A DNA stretch of 63,942 nt, counting the filler. It is 7 parts of 7 records of this genome, joined end to end, with 100 filler letters (N's around TTAATTAATTAA, not from the genome) between each part and the next. Parts side by side here need not be neighbours in the genome. Positions count along the whole stretch, not along the records: positions 31,779 to 52,029 come from SRR2962707_4576; 6 more parts are not named here. One strand, given 5' to 3'. The notes beneath the pieces were generated by a model that had not been told where the DNA came from, ran no database searches, and worked only from the letters and a program-made list of their open reading frames with translations. Numbering within the stretch: the stretch's first letter is position 1; the number at the start of each line of letters is the position of its first letter. Position numbers and translations under genes: made by a program. Positions 41,291-50,756 of the stretch are shown piece by piece.

Positions 41291-41315
41291 GAAAAAAGCC
41301 ACCCAAAAGGCGGCC
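41291..41315 (-). terminator. Intrinsic terminator just upstream of the scaffold gene
   Basis: Minus strand GGCCGCC-TTTTG-GGTGGCT-TTTTT. Confidence 0.7.
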
Positions 41316-41340
41316 AAGAAAAGAACTCGTTATGTAAAAA

Positions 41341-41505
41341 TTAGGTAGAGCGGACGTTCTCCAGCTCTTTCATTTGCTTCTTTGCCAAGTTGACTGCTTT
41401 GCGCATTCGGGAGCGGTCCTTTTTTATTTCCGCCGCTCGTACCAATGTGCGCACATCTTCTTCCGCGCGGAACCGTTCCTGATCCGCCTTCGTGAAACCC
41501 GGCAT
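41341..41505 (-). CDS. Small basic phage protein (54 aa; not in the ORF track)
   Basis: GGAG RBS; MPGFTKADQERFRAEEDVRTLVRAAEIKKDRSRMRKAVNLAKKQMKELENVRST. Confidence 0.7.
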   Translation of the reverse strand: MPGFTKADQERFRAEEDVRTLVRAAEIKKDRSRMRKAVNLAKKQMKELENVRST

Positions 41506-41506
41506 A

Positions 41507-41644
41507 TCAATCTCCGTAATTTGTCCAACGCCAATACAGGGAGCCGCACCTGGGGCATTCCTTGTGAACTGCCATTTGCCCCGGCCGATCGTTCCAGCGG
41601 GAACCGCATTTACAGCACTCGTTCAAGGCAACGCGGCCCGTCAC
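41507..41644 (-). CDS. Small zinc-ribbon protein (45 aa; not in the ORF track)
   Basis: GTG overlaps the upstream TGA; ECCKCGSRW...ECPRCGSLYW. Confidence 0.6.
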   Translation of the reverse strand: MTGRVALNECCKCGSRWNDRPGQMAVHKECPRCGSLYWRWTNYGD

Positions 41645-41925
41645 CAGCCCGCCTCATCCATTGCGCGCTTGATATCCGCATGCGGCTTAGGCATCGGTTT
41701 GTGTTTGGTCTTCACCCGCTCGTTGCCGACCTCGATAACGCCGTGTTGGCGCATGTGGTCCCGACGGAAGGAACGACTGGATATCACCTCGCCGGTAATT
41801 GGGGATTGAAAAGGCTCGATATCGTTCATAACGCCTTGATTGCGGCGGGCGTCGGTTTTCAGCGGGGGCGCCAAGTGCTTCTCGACCAATTCCCCATCCC
41901 TAAGGACGTAGGTAGTTTTCATCAA
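41641..41925 (-). CDS. Hypothetical phage protein
   Basis: DIEPFQSPITGEVISSRS..RDHMRQHG.IEVGNE; coupled to its neighbours. Confidence 0.75.
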   Translation of the reverse strand: MMKTTYVLRDGELVEKHLAPPLKTDARRNQGVMNDIEPFQSPITGEVISSRSFRRDHMRQHGVIEVGNERVKTKHKPMPKPHADIKRAMDEAGW

Positions 41926-42170
41926 TGCACGCTCCCAAGAGAATTACCGATGCTGGATGCCTCGGCCGGGTTGTCCAAATAATGCCGGAACACGCCATGT
42001 ATTCCGTCCAGCGCCGTTTTGTCGTCCGGCGCATCGACGGCCACGGAAAATGCTATGTGCGATACTTGCGATAGGACATGCCCGTGGGGGCTCATCCGAA
42101 CGGTGTTATCGACTATGGCAAACCAGAATTCGTCCGGTCGCTTCGGGTCTACGCCTTCAATTTCAATCAT
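41922..42170 (-). CDS. Hypothetical phage protein
   Basis: ATGA overlaps at both ends. Confidence 0.6.
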   Translation of the reverse strand: MIEIEGVDPKRPDEFWFAIVDNTVRMSPHGHVLSQVSHIAFSVAVDAPDDKTALDGIHGVFRHYLDNPAEASSIGNSLGSVH

Positions 42171-44629
42171 GCCGCCAACAGCAGAATCGCAATGGCCTCG
42201 TCTTCCGCGCGTTGCGCTGCCTCTTTGGACACCTCCGCCGCCAGCGCCTCTATTCGGCTCTGGATCCTCGCTATGCGGTCGTCTATCGCCTGTACCGTGA
42301 CAAGCGCTTCGGCTTGGGCCTGTGCAACCGCCTGCGGTTGTTGTGCTTGTGCTTGGCGGCGCTGCTTCGGTGTGGCGCGGGATTTCTTTCTGCGCACAGG
42401 CGGCGCTACAGCGGACTTCTCTGCGGCCTCGCGTTCCTCGACAAGCTCCTGAACCTGACGGCGCAACTCTTCCAACTCGCGGCGCTTGCGCGTGAAGTTG
42501 CGGCTAACGGCAGGGCCGCCACTACCTCCGCCGCCACCGCTCGCCTGCGGCACGTCTAAGTAGACAGTCGCCTGACCTTCGGTAAGGGTCAGAACATCCG
42601 TGTTCGTGGCGACATTGACATCGCCCGCGAACTGTATCGCCGCCTGTCCCTCGGTGAGTGTAAGGGCGTCGGTGTTCGTCTGAACGTCCACGTCTAGCGC
42701 GACACCCGCCGTACCCTCTGTAAGGGTCAGGGCATCCGTAGCGGTCTGTACGTTTATGCCCAGGCTAACCGTGGCCTGATTTTCCGTCAGCGTTAAAGCG
42801 TCTGTGGTTGCCACCACATCGACATCCAGCGAAACCGCGGCCGTATTCTCCGTTAACGTGAGAAAATCGGTCGTGGCGGTAACGTTGGTATCGCTACCAG
42901 TCTGGACGGCGGCTATGTTTTCAGTGAGTGTCAGCGCATCCGTCGATGTCGCTACATTCACGTCCAGCGCGACGGTGGCCGTCCCTTCCGTAAGGGTCAG
43001 GGATTCGGTGCTGCCAAATACCTCGACATCGTTCGATATCGTGGCTTGGTTTTCGGTCAACGTGAGTGCGTCGGTAGATGTCTGAACATCCACATCCAAC
43101 GTTATCGCCGCGGTTCCCTCAGTCAGCGTGAGAGCATCCGTTGTCGCGGACACGTTGACATCCGACACCAGAGAAATTGACGCCTGATTCTCAGTCAGGG
43201 TCAGCGCATCGGTTGACGTAGAAACATCCACATCCAGCGCAACGGATGCGGTGTTTTCAGTTAGCGTCAGAGCATCAGTGGATGCCTGAACATTCGTATC
43301 CGGCGAGGCCACAAACGGCTTGATCGCGTACTGAACCGCAACCCATTGTTCACTCGCAGCAAGCGTAAATGCCGCATTGCCACTGGAACCAGCCGTCTCG
43401 ACAACCTTGACGGCCAATTCCTGCATGTTACCGAAGCTGGACGAAATCGGACAACGCCCGGTATCCCGTTCCCAACCAGTAGGCTCCGTACCAGCAGCGT
43501 CCTCGTCATCGTCATCCGCGCCGAACGTCGCAACGACAAGCGAATTATCCGTCAGCGTCGTTATAGCATTCGCGGTCGGGGCGGAATTGGTGCCTGTGCT
43601 CGATGTCCCGACCACCTCGATAAAGTCGGTAGTGTCGCAAAGCTCCTGCCAGTAACAACGCGCCTCGGCAACGATAGTGTCGCTGCTATCGAAGTTCAGC
43701 GTAACGCTTGCATCGCCCTGATCCGTCGTAACATCGCCAGCAGCGGCATACTTGGACAAGACGATATGACGGACTGCCGTACCGTTGGCTGAATTGTCCT
43801 CAACCGTCCAACCTGAGGGCGTGCTGGATAAATCCCCATTCTCGACAGTGACATGTATCGTAAGCGGATCATCCTCAGCGACATTCGGAGGAAGATCAAC
43901 GACAAGCGATGTGGCACCGCCAGACGTGGAAAACGCATTCGACTTGAGGCGCGGGAACGTAATCGTGTCCACGCCTGAAATAGCATAATGCAGCCCAAGG
44001 TGCTGGTCGCCACTGGTCGCGCCGGTGAACGTCGCCGCCGCAACCGTTCCTGCTGTCGCGTTATCCTTCTCGCCGACATGCAACGACGGGTCAGCAGTCC
44101 CACCATCCAATATATGGACCAGCGTATACCCGGACGGCAACGTGGTGTTATCGCCACCGTCATCGTCACAAAGACACTCAGCAATAACGAGAGCATCGTC
44201 TTCAATCAGCTCAAGCGGCGGACAGACAACCGACGTAAACCCGTCATCCGGCGATCGGGAGTTAATCGCCAAAAATGGATCGACTAATCCCGTGGGAACG
44301 CCCGAAATGCGCTTAATTGAAATTGCCGCATCCGTGCTGATCTCGGTCGTAAATGTATAGTTGCCGCTTTCCGAAGCCGCCTTCTTGTGGAAGACCCCCA
44401 CCATACCAGTGGACAGCGTGTTGCCGTCCATAATCTTGATGATGGCCTTACGCGTCCAACCTGAAGGCCCGTTGATAAGGGCATTCGTGCCGTTGCCGTA
44501 GTTACCGTTAATGGTAACGGTGGCGATCAGCCGGTCGTCATCGGTAATCCCGCTTGGGGCCGTCGCGACATGCGAGGTGCTGGTATTTGTCGCTGTTGCC
44601 GCAGCCGACTCAAGGACAGGGACGGCCAT
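42167..44629 (-). CDS. Repeat-containing virion fibre-like protein (820 aa)
   Basis: Two related N-terminal beta domains (..PSGWT..), 11 TDALTLTE repeats, Gly linker, coiled coil, acidic-hydrophobic C-terminus EDEAIAILLLAA. Confidence 0.8.
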   Translation of the reverse strand: MAVPVLESAAATATNTSTSHVATAPSGITDDDRLIATVTINGNYGNGTNALINGPSGWTRKAIIKIMDGNTLSTGMVGVFHKKAASESGNYTFTTEISTDAAISIKRISGVPTGLVDPFLAINSRSPDDGFTSVVCPPLELIEDDALVIAECLCDDDGGDNTTLPSGYTLVHILDGGTADPSLHVGEKDNATAGTVAAATFTGATSGDQHLGLHYAISGVDTITFPRLKSNAFSTSGGATSLVVDLPPNVAEDDPLTIHVTVENGDLSSTPSGWTVEDNSANGTAVRHIVLSKYAAAGDVTTDQGDASVTLNFDSSDTIVAEARCYWQELCDTTDFIEVVGTSSTGTNSAPTANAITTLTDNSLVVATFGADDDDEDAAGTEPTGWERDTGRCPISSSFGNMQELAVKVVETAGSSGNAAFTLAASEQWVAVQYAIKPFVASPDTNVQASTDALTLTENTASVALDVDVSTSTDALTLTENQASISLVSDVNVSATTDALTLTEGTAAITLDVDVQTSTDALTLTENQATISNDVEVFGSTESLTLTEGTATVALDVNVATSTDALTLTENIAAVQTGSDTNVTATTDFLTLTENTAAVSLDVDVVATTDALTLTENQATVSLGINVQTATDALTLTEGTAGVALDVDVQTNTDALTLTEGQAAIQFAGDVNVATNTDVLTLTEGQATVYLDVPQASGGGGGSGGPAVSRNFTRKRRELEELRRQVQELVEEREAAEKSAVAPPVRRKKSRATPKQRRQAQAQQPQAVAQAQAEALVTVQAIDDRIARIQSRIEALAAEVSKEAAQRAEDEAIAILLLAA
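42555..43300 (-). repeat. 11 tandem coding repeats of 22-24 aa
   Basis: Consensus DV(N/D)VxTxTDALTLTE(N/G)(T/Q)AxVxL. Confidence 0.9.
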
Positions 44630-44639
44630 TCAAGGCGTC

Positions 44640-45086
44640 CTACGCAGCCTTGGTGATCGTGGCGAGACCTCCCCCAGGCCATGTAATCGTCAACGCGCCC
44701 GCAGACATGTCCACCGGGCCGCCAAGCTCTACATAGCAGTATGCCGGGTCGCCGGCCTGCGTATCGTTGTAAACCAGCCCCCAATGTGCGTCCGTGTCGT
44801 TGGATCCGTTCTGCGCCCAGCTCGGGTTGGTTGCGCTGTCGAGGGTTACGGTGCCGCCCGCCTCAGAAACAAAGTCCCCCCAAGTCCCGATAGATATACC
44901 GCCCGCAGTGTATGACCCTGCTGCGCCGACTTCCGTGTAGTCTCCTAAGGCGGGGGTCGCATCGGCCGCAGTCGGGGCGGTGGTGTTGTCCAGAACCGCG
45001 CACTTCATGACATCGGCGGCTTCCCAACCGCCGTCCATCGAATACGCCATCGCTTCCTCAAAGACCGTAATATCGCCTGTCGCCAT
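44640..45086 (-). CDS. Small beta-rich phage structural protein (148 aa)
   Basis: EVGAAGSYTAGG, LVYNDT, YVELGG, G.LTITW; precedes the repeat protein. Confidence 0.75.
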   Translation of the reverse strand: MATGDITVFEEAMAYSMDGGWEAADVMKCAVLDNTTAPTAADATPALGDYTEVGAAGSYTAGGISIGTWGDFVSEAGGTVTLDSATNPSWAQNGSNDTDAHWGLVYNDTQAGDPAYCYVELGGPVDMSAGALTITWPGGGLATITKAA

Positions 45087-45089
45087 GCC

Positions 45090-47663
45090 TTACTCCGAAA
45101 TGGATTGAACTGTTTCGACACCGACGGGACGTCCACTCCCGTCCTTCACAATGCGCTTGGGCGCACTCAACATGCGGACAGCCTCCGCAATGGATTCCGA
45201 TGTGCTCGCCACGCTTTCGAGCACCGAATTCATTGTCTCGGCCTGCCCCGTCGCCATAGACGCGATGGTCTCCGCCGTTTGGGCTAGTTCTTCCTTGGCA
45301 TCGAACTGCACAACCGTTTGCGGGCCTGCCTTTTCCGCTGCCTGTTCCGCCTTCAACGCGATATTCGCTGCTGCGTTTTCTCGGTCGAACTCAAGCCTCG
45401 CGGCATCGCGGGCGTTCTGGGCCTCGATCTTGGCCATTTCTACCGCCTGCTTCGACTGGATTTCGGCGAGACGTAATTCATGCTGTCGAGCGCGGTCCTG
45501 CTCATCGAATTGCAGTTTGAGTTGTTCGCGTTCCTCATCAGCCGCCTGTTTCTCGGCTTCCCGCTGCTCTTTCTGCTGATCAAGCGCAAGTTTCCCCGCC
45601 TCCGCTTGTGCGGCTTGGGCCTCCACCTGCTGTTGGGCCGCAAGGGCCGGATCCGGCTGCTGCCCGCCTTCTGGGTTGTTCAAGTCCTCGATGGCTTCTT
45701 CGAACACGGCCTCCATCTGCCGCCCGGCTCTAAAGCCGCGAACGCCGAACAGCATCATCTCCGCCATGAGGGGCTTCAATTCGGGTGCCTGCTGTGCGGC
45801 TGCAACGGCTTGCTGAATGAAACCGCCGGCAGCTTGAAGGAATTCAACGCGGGACTGCTTCTCGGCCTGCTGGTCCTCGAACACCGTCGAACCGGTCTCG
45901 ATGTCGATACGGAAGGTTCGCAGCCGGTCCTCCCTGAGCATTTCCAACGCCTGCTCGAAAACCTGTAATGCGTTGGGCGGAACCTCGATCGAGGCCGGGT
46001 CCGGGAGTTCTTGCGCTTGCTCTTGGGCCGCCTGCACCACTTCCTGAGGGTCAGAACCTTGAGCAACGGCCTGCTGAGCCTGAGCCGCGGCCTGCTTCCT
46101 TTGCTCTAACGCCGCTTGCTGTGCCGCAACCGCCTTCTCATGCTCGGCGTTGAGCGTCTTGGCCTCTACCGTCCGCATCCAGCCGGACATCTCAAGCAAT
46201 GTTCTATCGTCGAAATGCTCAATGAGAATTTCGGCCTTGATGCGGAGAAGGTCGCGGATGAAGCGGTTTATTTCCTCTTGCCGGTCCTGCAGCCGTAGTG
46301 TGGCGAACTGGCCCTTAAGCTGCGACTGACCCAACTTCTCCCGGGGGTCCACCTGTCCCCGCACGATGTCCGATATGCCGGATATCTCGAACAGATCGTT
46401 CTTGATCTGCTGCCGGGATTGCGACAGCGATACAAGGACATCGGCAACCTCCTTGATGGGGAGGAAGTCGATTGCGCCTTCAAGCCCACCTTTCCCGGCA
46501 AAGGCGGCCCAGCTATCGACCGGGATGAGGTTATTGTCTGACCCCTCAATAATCCGCTCCAATTCAGGAACGGAACTGTCATAGACACCCGCTATTCTGA
46601 GCGCCTTGGTGAGCAAGTAGATGCGCTGCGTCAGCTCATCGAGTTCGATCGCCTGCGCCTGATACTGTGCATAGTCCGGCACCGGGACAAGCGTATCGGT
46701 CGTCATGTTGGCATAGAGCGGACGCGGACACGGGAAGAAGCCTTCAAGCCCTAACGGGTCGTCCTTCTCGTCCAGCGGCCCTTCGGTGAAGCCCTCGGAT
46801 ATCCAGAGCGCCTTCTTGCTGGTCCGGTCCCAAATCTCGTACACCTCGGCGCGCTTGAAGACGCTGCTGTGCTTCTGCGCCACCTCGTCCTTAACGCCAT
46901 GGATCTGTTTGGTCAGCCCGACCTTGTTGCCGATTTCCTCGCCGAACCGCTCTACCAACTGGTCCCGGGTCAATAATTCACGCTTCCAAACAGCCGGGAC
47001 TTTCTCCCAGCGCGGCGCCGGCGTATGTCCGAAGTCACCCCAGGCGATGTGGTCGCACACCACGTCTTCCCGGACCAAGGGCCGGAACGGCTCGCCCTCG
47101 ATAAAGGCTTCCCCGTCATCATCGAACTGAGGCTCCCCCTCAACCGGACTGCCGTCAAGGTCGGTGAATGTGTCTTCCTCGGTCTTCTGCAGAAATATCC
47201 GCTCGGTTTTCTCCTCACCGAACACCGGCACATAGCGCACCCACGCCTGCCCGCGGGCCGTAAGAAGGTAGTCGTCGCGAGCAGCAAATATGGTGGCGTT
47301 GAAGTCGTATACGTCCATGGTGAAGGACAGAGCGCGCTCTACGACAAGCGATGCGGCACCCGCCACCGGGTCGCGATCCTTGAACCTCCGGCTTACGTCC
47401 GGGTTGGGCGTGCGGGAGAACAACGCAGGGCCAAGAGTCTGGACATTTGCCCAAAGGATATTGAACCGGCGTTTCTTGGTGCGGTCGCCAATGCTGGTTT
47501 CTTCGTCGCGATACCGCTTGACGATAGCTTTGGACCGCTTCTCCCAACTGTCGAACTGCCCCTCGTATGCCTTTATTTCGGCAAGCCAGCGGGACACCTT
47601 TCCTGCGGCGTCAGCCCCAAAGTCCTTCGGTGTTTCAGCGGATGGTGCCGAGGTCTCAGCCAC
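45090..47663 (-). CDS. Portal protein
   Basis: Follows terL; FNILWANVQTL.P, G.AWVRY, VYEIWD, DDPLGLEGFFPCPRP, EISGISDIVRG, long C-terminal coiled coil. Confidence 0.85.
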   Translation of the reverse strand: MAETSAPSAETPKDFGADAAGKVSRWLAEIKAYEGQFDSWEKRSKAIVKRYRDEETSIGDRTKKRRFNILWANVQTLGPALFSRTPNPDVSRRFKDRDPVAGAASLVVERALSFTMDVYDFNATIFAARDDYLLTARGQAWVRYVPVFGEEKTERIFLQKTEEDTFTDLDGSPVEGEPQFDDDGEAFIEGEPFRPLVREDVVCDHIAWGDFGHTPAPRWEKVPAVWKRELLTRDQLVERFGEEIGNKVGLTKQIHGVKDEVAQKHSSVFKRAEVYEIWDRTSKKALWISEGFTEGPLDEKDDPLGLEGFFPCPRPLYANMTTDTLVPVPDYAQYQAQAIELDELTQRIYLLTKALRIAGVYDSSVPELERIIEGSDNNLIPVDSWAAFAGKGGLEGAIDFLPIKEVADVLVSLSQSRQQIKNDLFEISGISDIVRGQVDPREKLGQSQLKGQFATLRLQDRQEEINRFIRDLLRIKAEILIEHFDDRTLLEMSGWMRTVEAKTLNAEHEKAVAAQQAALEQRKQAAAQAQQAVAQGSDPQEVVQAAQEQAQELPDPASIEVPPNALQVFEQALEMLREDRLRTFRIDIETGSTVFEDQQAEKQSRVEFLQAAGGFIQQAVAAAQQAPELKPLMAEMMLFGVRGFRAGRQMEAVFEEAIEDLNNPEGGQQPDPALAAQQQVEAQAAQAEAGKLALDQQKEQREAEKQAADEEREQLKLQFDEQDRARQHELRLAEIQSKQAVEMAKIEAQNARDAARLEFDRENAAANIALKAEQAAEKAGPQTVVQFDAKEELAQTAETIASMATGQAETMNSVLESVASTSESIAEAVRMLSAPKRIVKDGSGRPVGVETVQSISE

Positions 47664-47684
47664 TAATAACCAATCTCGTATTCA

Positions 47685-49091
47685 TCACACCATCCCTACA
47701 TTGTCGTTCCGTTGCTGGTCCCGCCACAGCCGGTCCAGCGTGACGTTATCGATGCCGTCAATTGGCTTGGGCTTCTCTTCAACTTCTTCCTTCGGCACAC
47801 GCAAGGCGATGGCGAGCATTCGAAATGCATCCGCATAGTGCGATTCCCATGAGTGCAGAGGTGTCTTTTTGAAGACCTTGCGGTCGTCGTCCCATTCCCT
47901 GCGATACCCGCGCAAAGCTTCGATGCCGTCAGCGCATTCGGACTTGTCGAACCAACAAAGCGGGAGGGTCTTGCGCACGGCTTGTATGCCGTCCGTCTTG
48001 CTCAGGTTGGGGACGAGTTTCATACGAACCCCGTAGCCCCAAGCCTGCTCTAGTATGCTTTTCCCGCCGCTCGCGAGGGTCTTGGGCGCAGCATCCCATG
48101 GCACCCAATGGCAGGCTTTCATGGGGTCGCCGTAAGACCAACTTCGCTCCTTGGCCTTGTCGTGTATGCGGTCACAGTAGAACTCAACGTCCTGACCATG
48201 GTTGGCTTCACAAGCGAGAATTCGAACCTCGCCGGCGACAACCTGGAACCACCATATCGTCGTGTCGTCCGTGTAACCCAAATCCCACGCCGTTTGGACA
48301 GGAACGAGCGGTTCGTAGGCCAGCCCCTCTACAAAGCGGCCCTTCTGTTCAAGGAAGGCCATGACCTTGGCGTAATAAGCGCCCGGCAATGCAGCATCAA
48401 AGGAACAGAAATACTCCTGCTCATACAAAGCGCCGCCATCGTCCTCGCCGTACTCCGCAACCATTTCAAGCCGGATATTCGCCAACTGATCTGGCGAAAA
48501 CACGGGGCTATCATTCGCTGTGATGATTTCACCAAACCAATCCGGCTGCTTCCTTGCCAACTCCAGCAGGCGGTGCGCGTGGTTCCGGCCACGGGGAGTG
48601 GTAATGAACGTGGCCCACCCGCCGTTTTCTTCCAGAATCGGCCGCAGGTAGGCCCATGCATGCGGATCCGCTAACGCATATTCGGAGAACGTCACCCCGA
48701 TAGGCGGCGTGCCCATGAGGCTATTGTAGTTATCCGAGCCGACTACCTGCCATGTGGCCCCGCTCTTGAAGCGGATAAACATATCGGTGTCGCGGGTGTT
48801 CTCGCGTATCTCATGCGGAAACGCTTCGTCAATTCTGCGCTTGCCGGTTCTCGGATTGATGGCGTCCCAAATCGCCTTTCGGGCATTCGCCGCCTGCGGG
48901 AGCATGTGCCAGTAACCACCAACCCGCTCGTGCGCCTTAATGGCCGCGGTATGAAGCGCTATCTCGTCCTTGCCCCACCGACGATGCGCTATCTCTACCG
49001 CACGCTTACCGCCCCGCTCCAGATACCCCCATAACGGCATTTGGTCGGGGCGCGGCCGCCAGTTATTCGCCGGCAGCCGGATCGTCGACAA
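47685..49091 (-). CDS. terL: Terminase large subunit
   Basis: Walker A HRRWGKD, Walker B VTFSEY, motif III TTPRG, QEYFCSF, nuclease WDLG..D.T, SHYADAFR. Confidence 0.95.
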   Translation of the reverse strand: MSTIRLPANNWRPRPDQMPLWGYLERGGKRAVEIAHRRWGKDEIALHTAAIKAHERVGGYWHMLPQAANARKAIWDAINPRTGKRRIDEAFPHEIRENTRDTDMFIRFKSGATWQVVGSDNYNSLMGTPPIGVTFSEYALADPHAWAYLRPILEENGGWATFITTPRGRNHAHRLLELARKQPDWFGEIITANDSPVFSPDQLANIRLEMVAEYGEDDGGALYEQEYFCSFDAALPGAYYAKVMAFLEQKGRFVEGLAYEPLVPVQTAWDLGYTDDTTIWWFQVVAGEVRILACEANHGQDVEFYCDRIHDKAKERSWSYGDPMKACHWVPWDAAPKTLASGGKSILEQAWGYGVRMKLVPNLSKTDGIQAVRKTLPLCWFDKSECADGIEALRGYRREWDDDRKVFKKTPLHSWESHYADAFRMLAIALRVPKEEVEEKPKPIDGIDNVTLDRLWRDQQRNDNVGMV

Positions 49092-49614
49092 ATTTTACCA
49101 GTTGCACGCTTAAGGGGCCGCCGTCTTTACCGGCGTGCTCAACCTTGGTCGGGAACATGCCAAGATGCTTCCCGATATCCACCAAGGCCGCGCGCTTATC
49201 GTAAAGCTTGAATTTAGTTTTTTGCAACGAATGTGGGTTTTCCCTGTCTTCCGAGTAATCAAGACGAACGTCTTGCGTAATCTCGCTTATGGCCTTGGTG
49301 CCGCCTTCGGGAATATCCGAGAAATCAAGGATCACGCGCTCGCCGTCCTCAGTGAACGTCAGGTAATCACCCATATCCGAGAACCCGAGGACAGCGAGTT
49401 CCTTCAAAACCATGTCCTGCGTGATTTCCGTGCGCTTAGAGCGTTCCGCCTGTGCTTCTGCGATAGCGTCCGCAATTTCAGGTTTCTTCAGGTTCTCGTG
49501 GCCCATCGCACCGGCGGTTTTTTCACTGTAGCCAGCTCGGATTGCCGCTTGGGTCGCGTTCAGGTCAATTAAATATTCTTCGACGAAGCGTTGCTGCTTG
49601 GCGTTCAGCGCCAC
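49063..49614 (-). CDS. terS: Terminase small subunit
   Basis: LNAKQQRFVEEYLIDLNATQAAIRAGYS, KLYDK..AL..IGKHLGMF. Confidence 0.95.
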   Translation of the reverse strand: MALNAKQQRFVEEYLIDLNATQAAIRAGYSEKTAGAMGHENLKKPEIADAIAEAQAERSKRTEITQDMVLKELAVLGFSDMGDYLTFTEDGERVILDFSDIPEGGTKAISEITQDVRLDYSEDRENPHSLQKTKFKLYDKRAALVDIGKHLGMFPTKVEHAGKDGGPLSVQLVKFVDDPAAGE

Positions 49615-50015
49615 TACAGCACCGTGTCTTCAGTGCGCCTGCGGGACTGTGCTGGCTCGATGGCGAAGCCTGATGTCTTCTCGTTCTCTGCTTTGTGCGG
49701 CACCAATTCAACCGACAGAACAGTACCGTCACCGTCTGTCTGGACCACAACACGCTCCCATGCACCGGGCTCGTCAAAATCAATCTGCGGGAATTTATTG
49801 CGCACACCTTCCCTTAAAATAAATTCCCCAAGACTAATCCGCTTGTTCGCATTGTTAGCCATGTTGCTCTGGGCGTCCTTGTCGAATGCTTCATCGACGG
49901 TACGCTGAATAGCCTCGGCACCACGCTTTGCCTCATTCGGGCGGATGTGTGCCGTGCTGTTGCTATCGGCTGCGGACTTGAGGGTTTCGTGTAGGGCTTT
50001 CAGGTCTTCGTTCAT
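49614..50015 (-). CDS. Hypothetical phage protein
   Basis: 133-aa ORF coupled to terS. Confidence 0.6.
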   Translation of the reverse strand: MNEDLKALHETLKSAADSNSTAHIRPNEAKRGAEAIQRTVDEAFDKDAQSNMANNANKRISLGEFILREGVRNKFPQIDFDEPGAWERVVVQTDGDGTVLSVELVPHKAENEKTSGFAIEPAQSRRRTEDTVL

Positions 50016-50055
50016 GACGGGTCTCTACTGTGTGTGATAAAAGTCGGCCATTTTT

Positions 50056-50106
50056 TACACTAAATGTGAATTTACCTGTTGACATTCACACTGAGTGTGG
50101 TAATGT
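50056..50106 (+). promoter_or_regulatory. Rightward sigma70 promoter with two palindromic operators
   Basis: TTGACA 50079-84; TG-G-TAATGT with the -10 at 50101-06; operators TACACT-A-AATGTG (50056-68) and CACACT-G-AGTGTG (50087-99). Confidence 0.75.
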
Positions 50107-50226
50107 CGACTCATGGTCAACGGAAGGACGTCTTCCAGAGACAGGGCGACACAAGAGCAGCCCCCGCAACAGGAAAGCGCGGAACAGGACAGACCTTGAA
50201 TGAGCCCACTGACTGGAGACGAAACG

Positions 50227-50466
50227 ATGACTAGCAAGGCTTTCAAGGCGATGGCGCAACGGATTACGAACGCAGAAAACAGCTTTATCGAAAACGTACA
50301 GCGCGAGACGGGATGCAGCACAGAGGATGCGCTTGCGGTCCTCGCCTACTACATCAAACACAAGATCGCGAAGATCGATCCTGTAGGCGGACAAGTTCAC
50401 GTCAAACACGGCGCTTTTTACGAATCCGACGTTCTACACCGGGCCATCGAAGCCGCCCGCACTTAG
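50227..50466 (+). CDS. Hypothetical phage protein
   Basis: GGAG RBS; first gene after the promoter. Confidence 0.7.
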   Translation: MTSKAFKAMAQRITNAENSFIENVQRETGCSTEDALAVLAYYIKHKIAKIDPVGGQVHVKHGAFYESDVLHRAIEAART

Positions 50467-50512
50467 CGGGCTTTTTCAAGGACTGTTTGCTAACCACGGA
50501 AGGAGTGAAACG

Positions 50513-50680
50513 ATGGCCCTGAAACAGACAGAAACACAGATCGAAGCCTTCTTGATCGAGAAGGGGATTTGCGGATGGTACGTCATGGATTGGGATTTGG
50601 AAGGATACCGCCGCGATGTCGCAGGCCCCTTCAAACACCGTCGGCAAGCCGTCAATAAAGCAATTGACCTGTCATACTAA
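50513..50680 (+). CDS. Hypothetical phage protein (55 aa; not in the ORF track)
   Basis: AAGGAG RBS; MALKQTETQIEAFLIEKGICGWYV...GPFKHRRQAVNKAIDLSY. Confidence 0.7.
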   Translation: MALKQTETQIEAFLIEKGICGWYVMDWDLEGYRRDVAGPFKHRRQAVNKAIDLSY

Positions 50681-50756
50681 TAGAGCGGACCGGGTGAGCG
50701 CTGCCACGCTTGCCCGGCCCCACATCAGCCCGAAACCCTGACAAGGAAACGAGACA

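Noticed and set aside
42555-43300. Possible CRISPR array or DGR repeats
   Set aside because: The repeats vary at synonymous positions within one ORF; there are no unique spacers, cas genes or reverse transcriptase.
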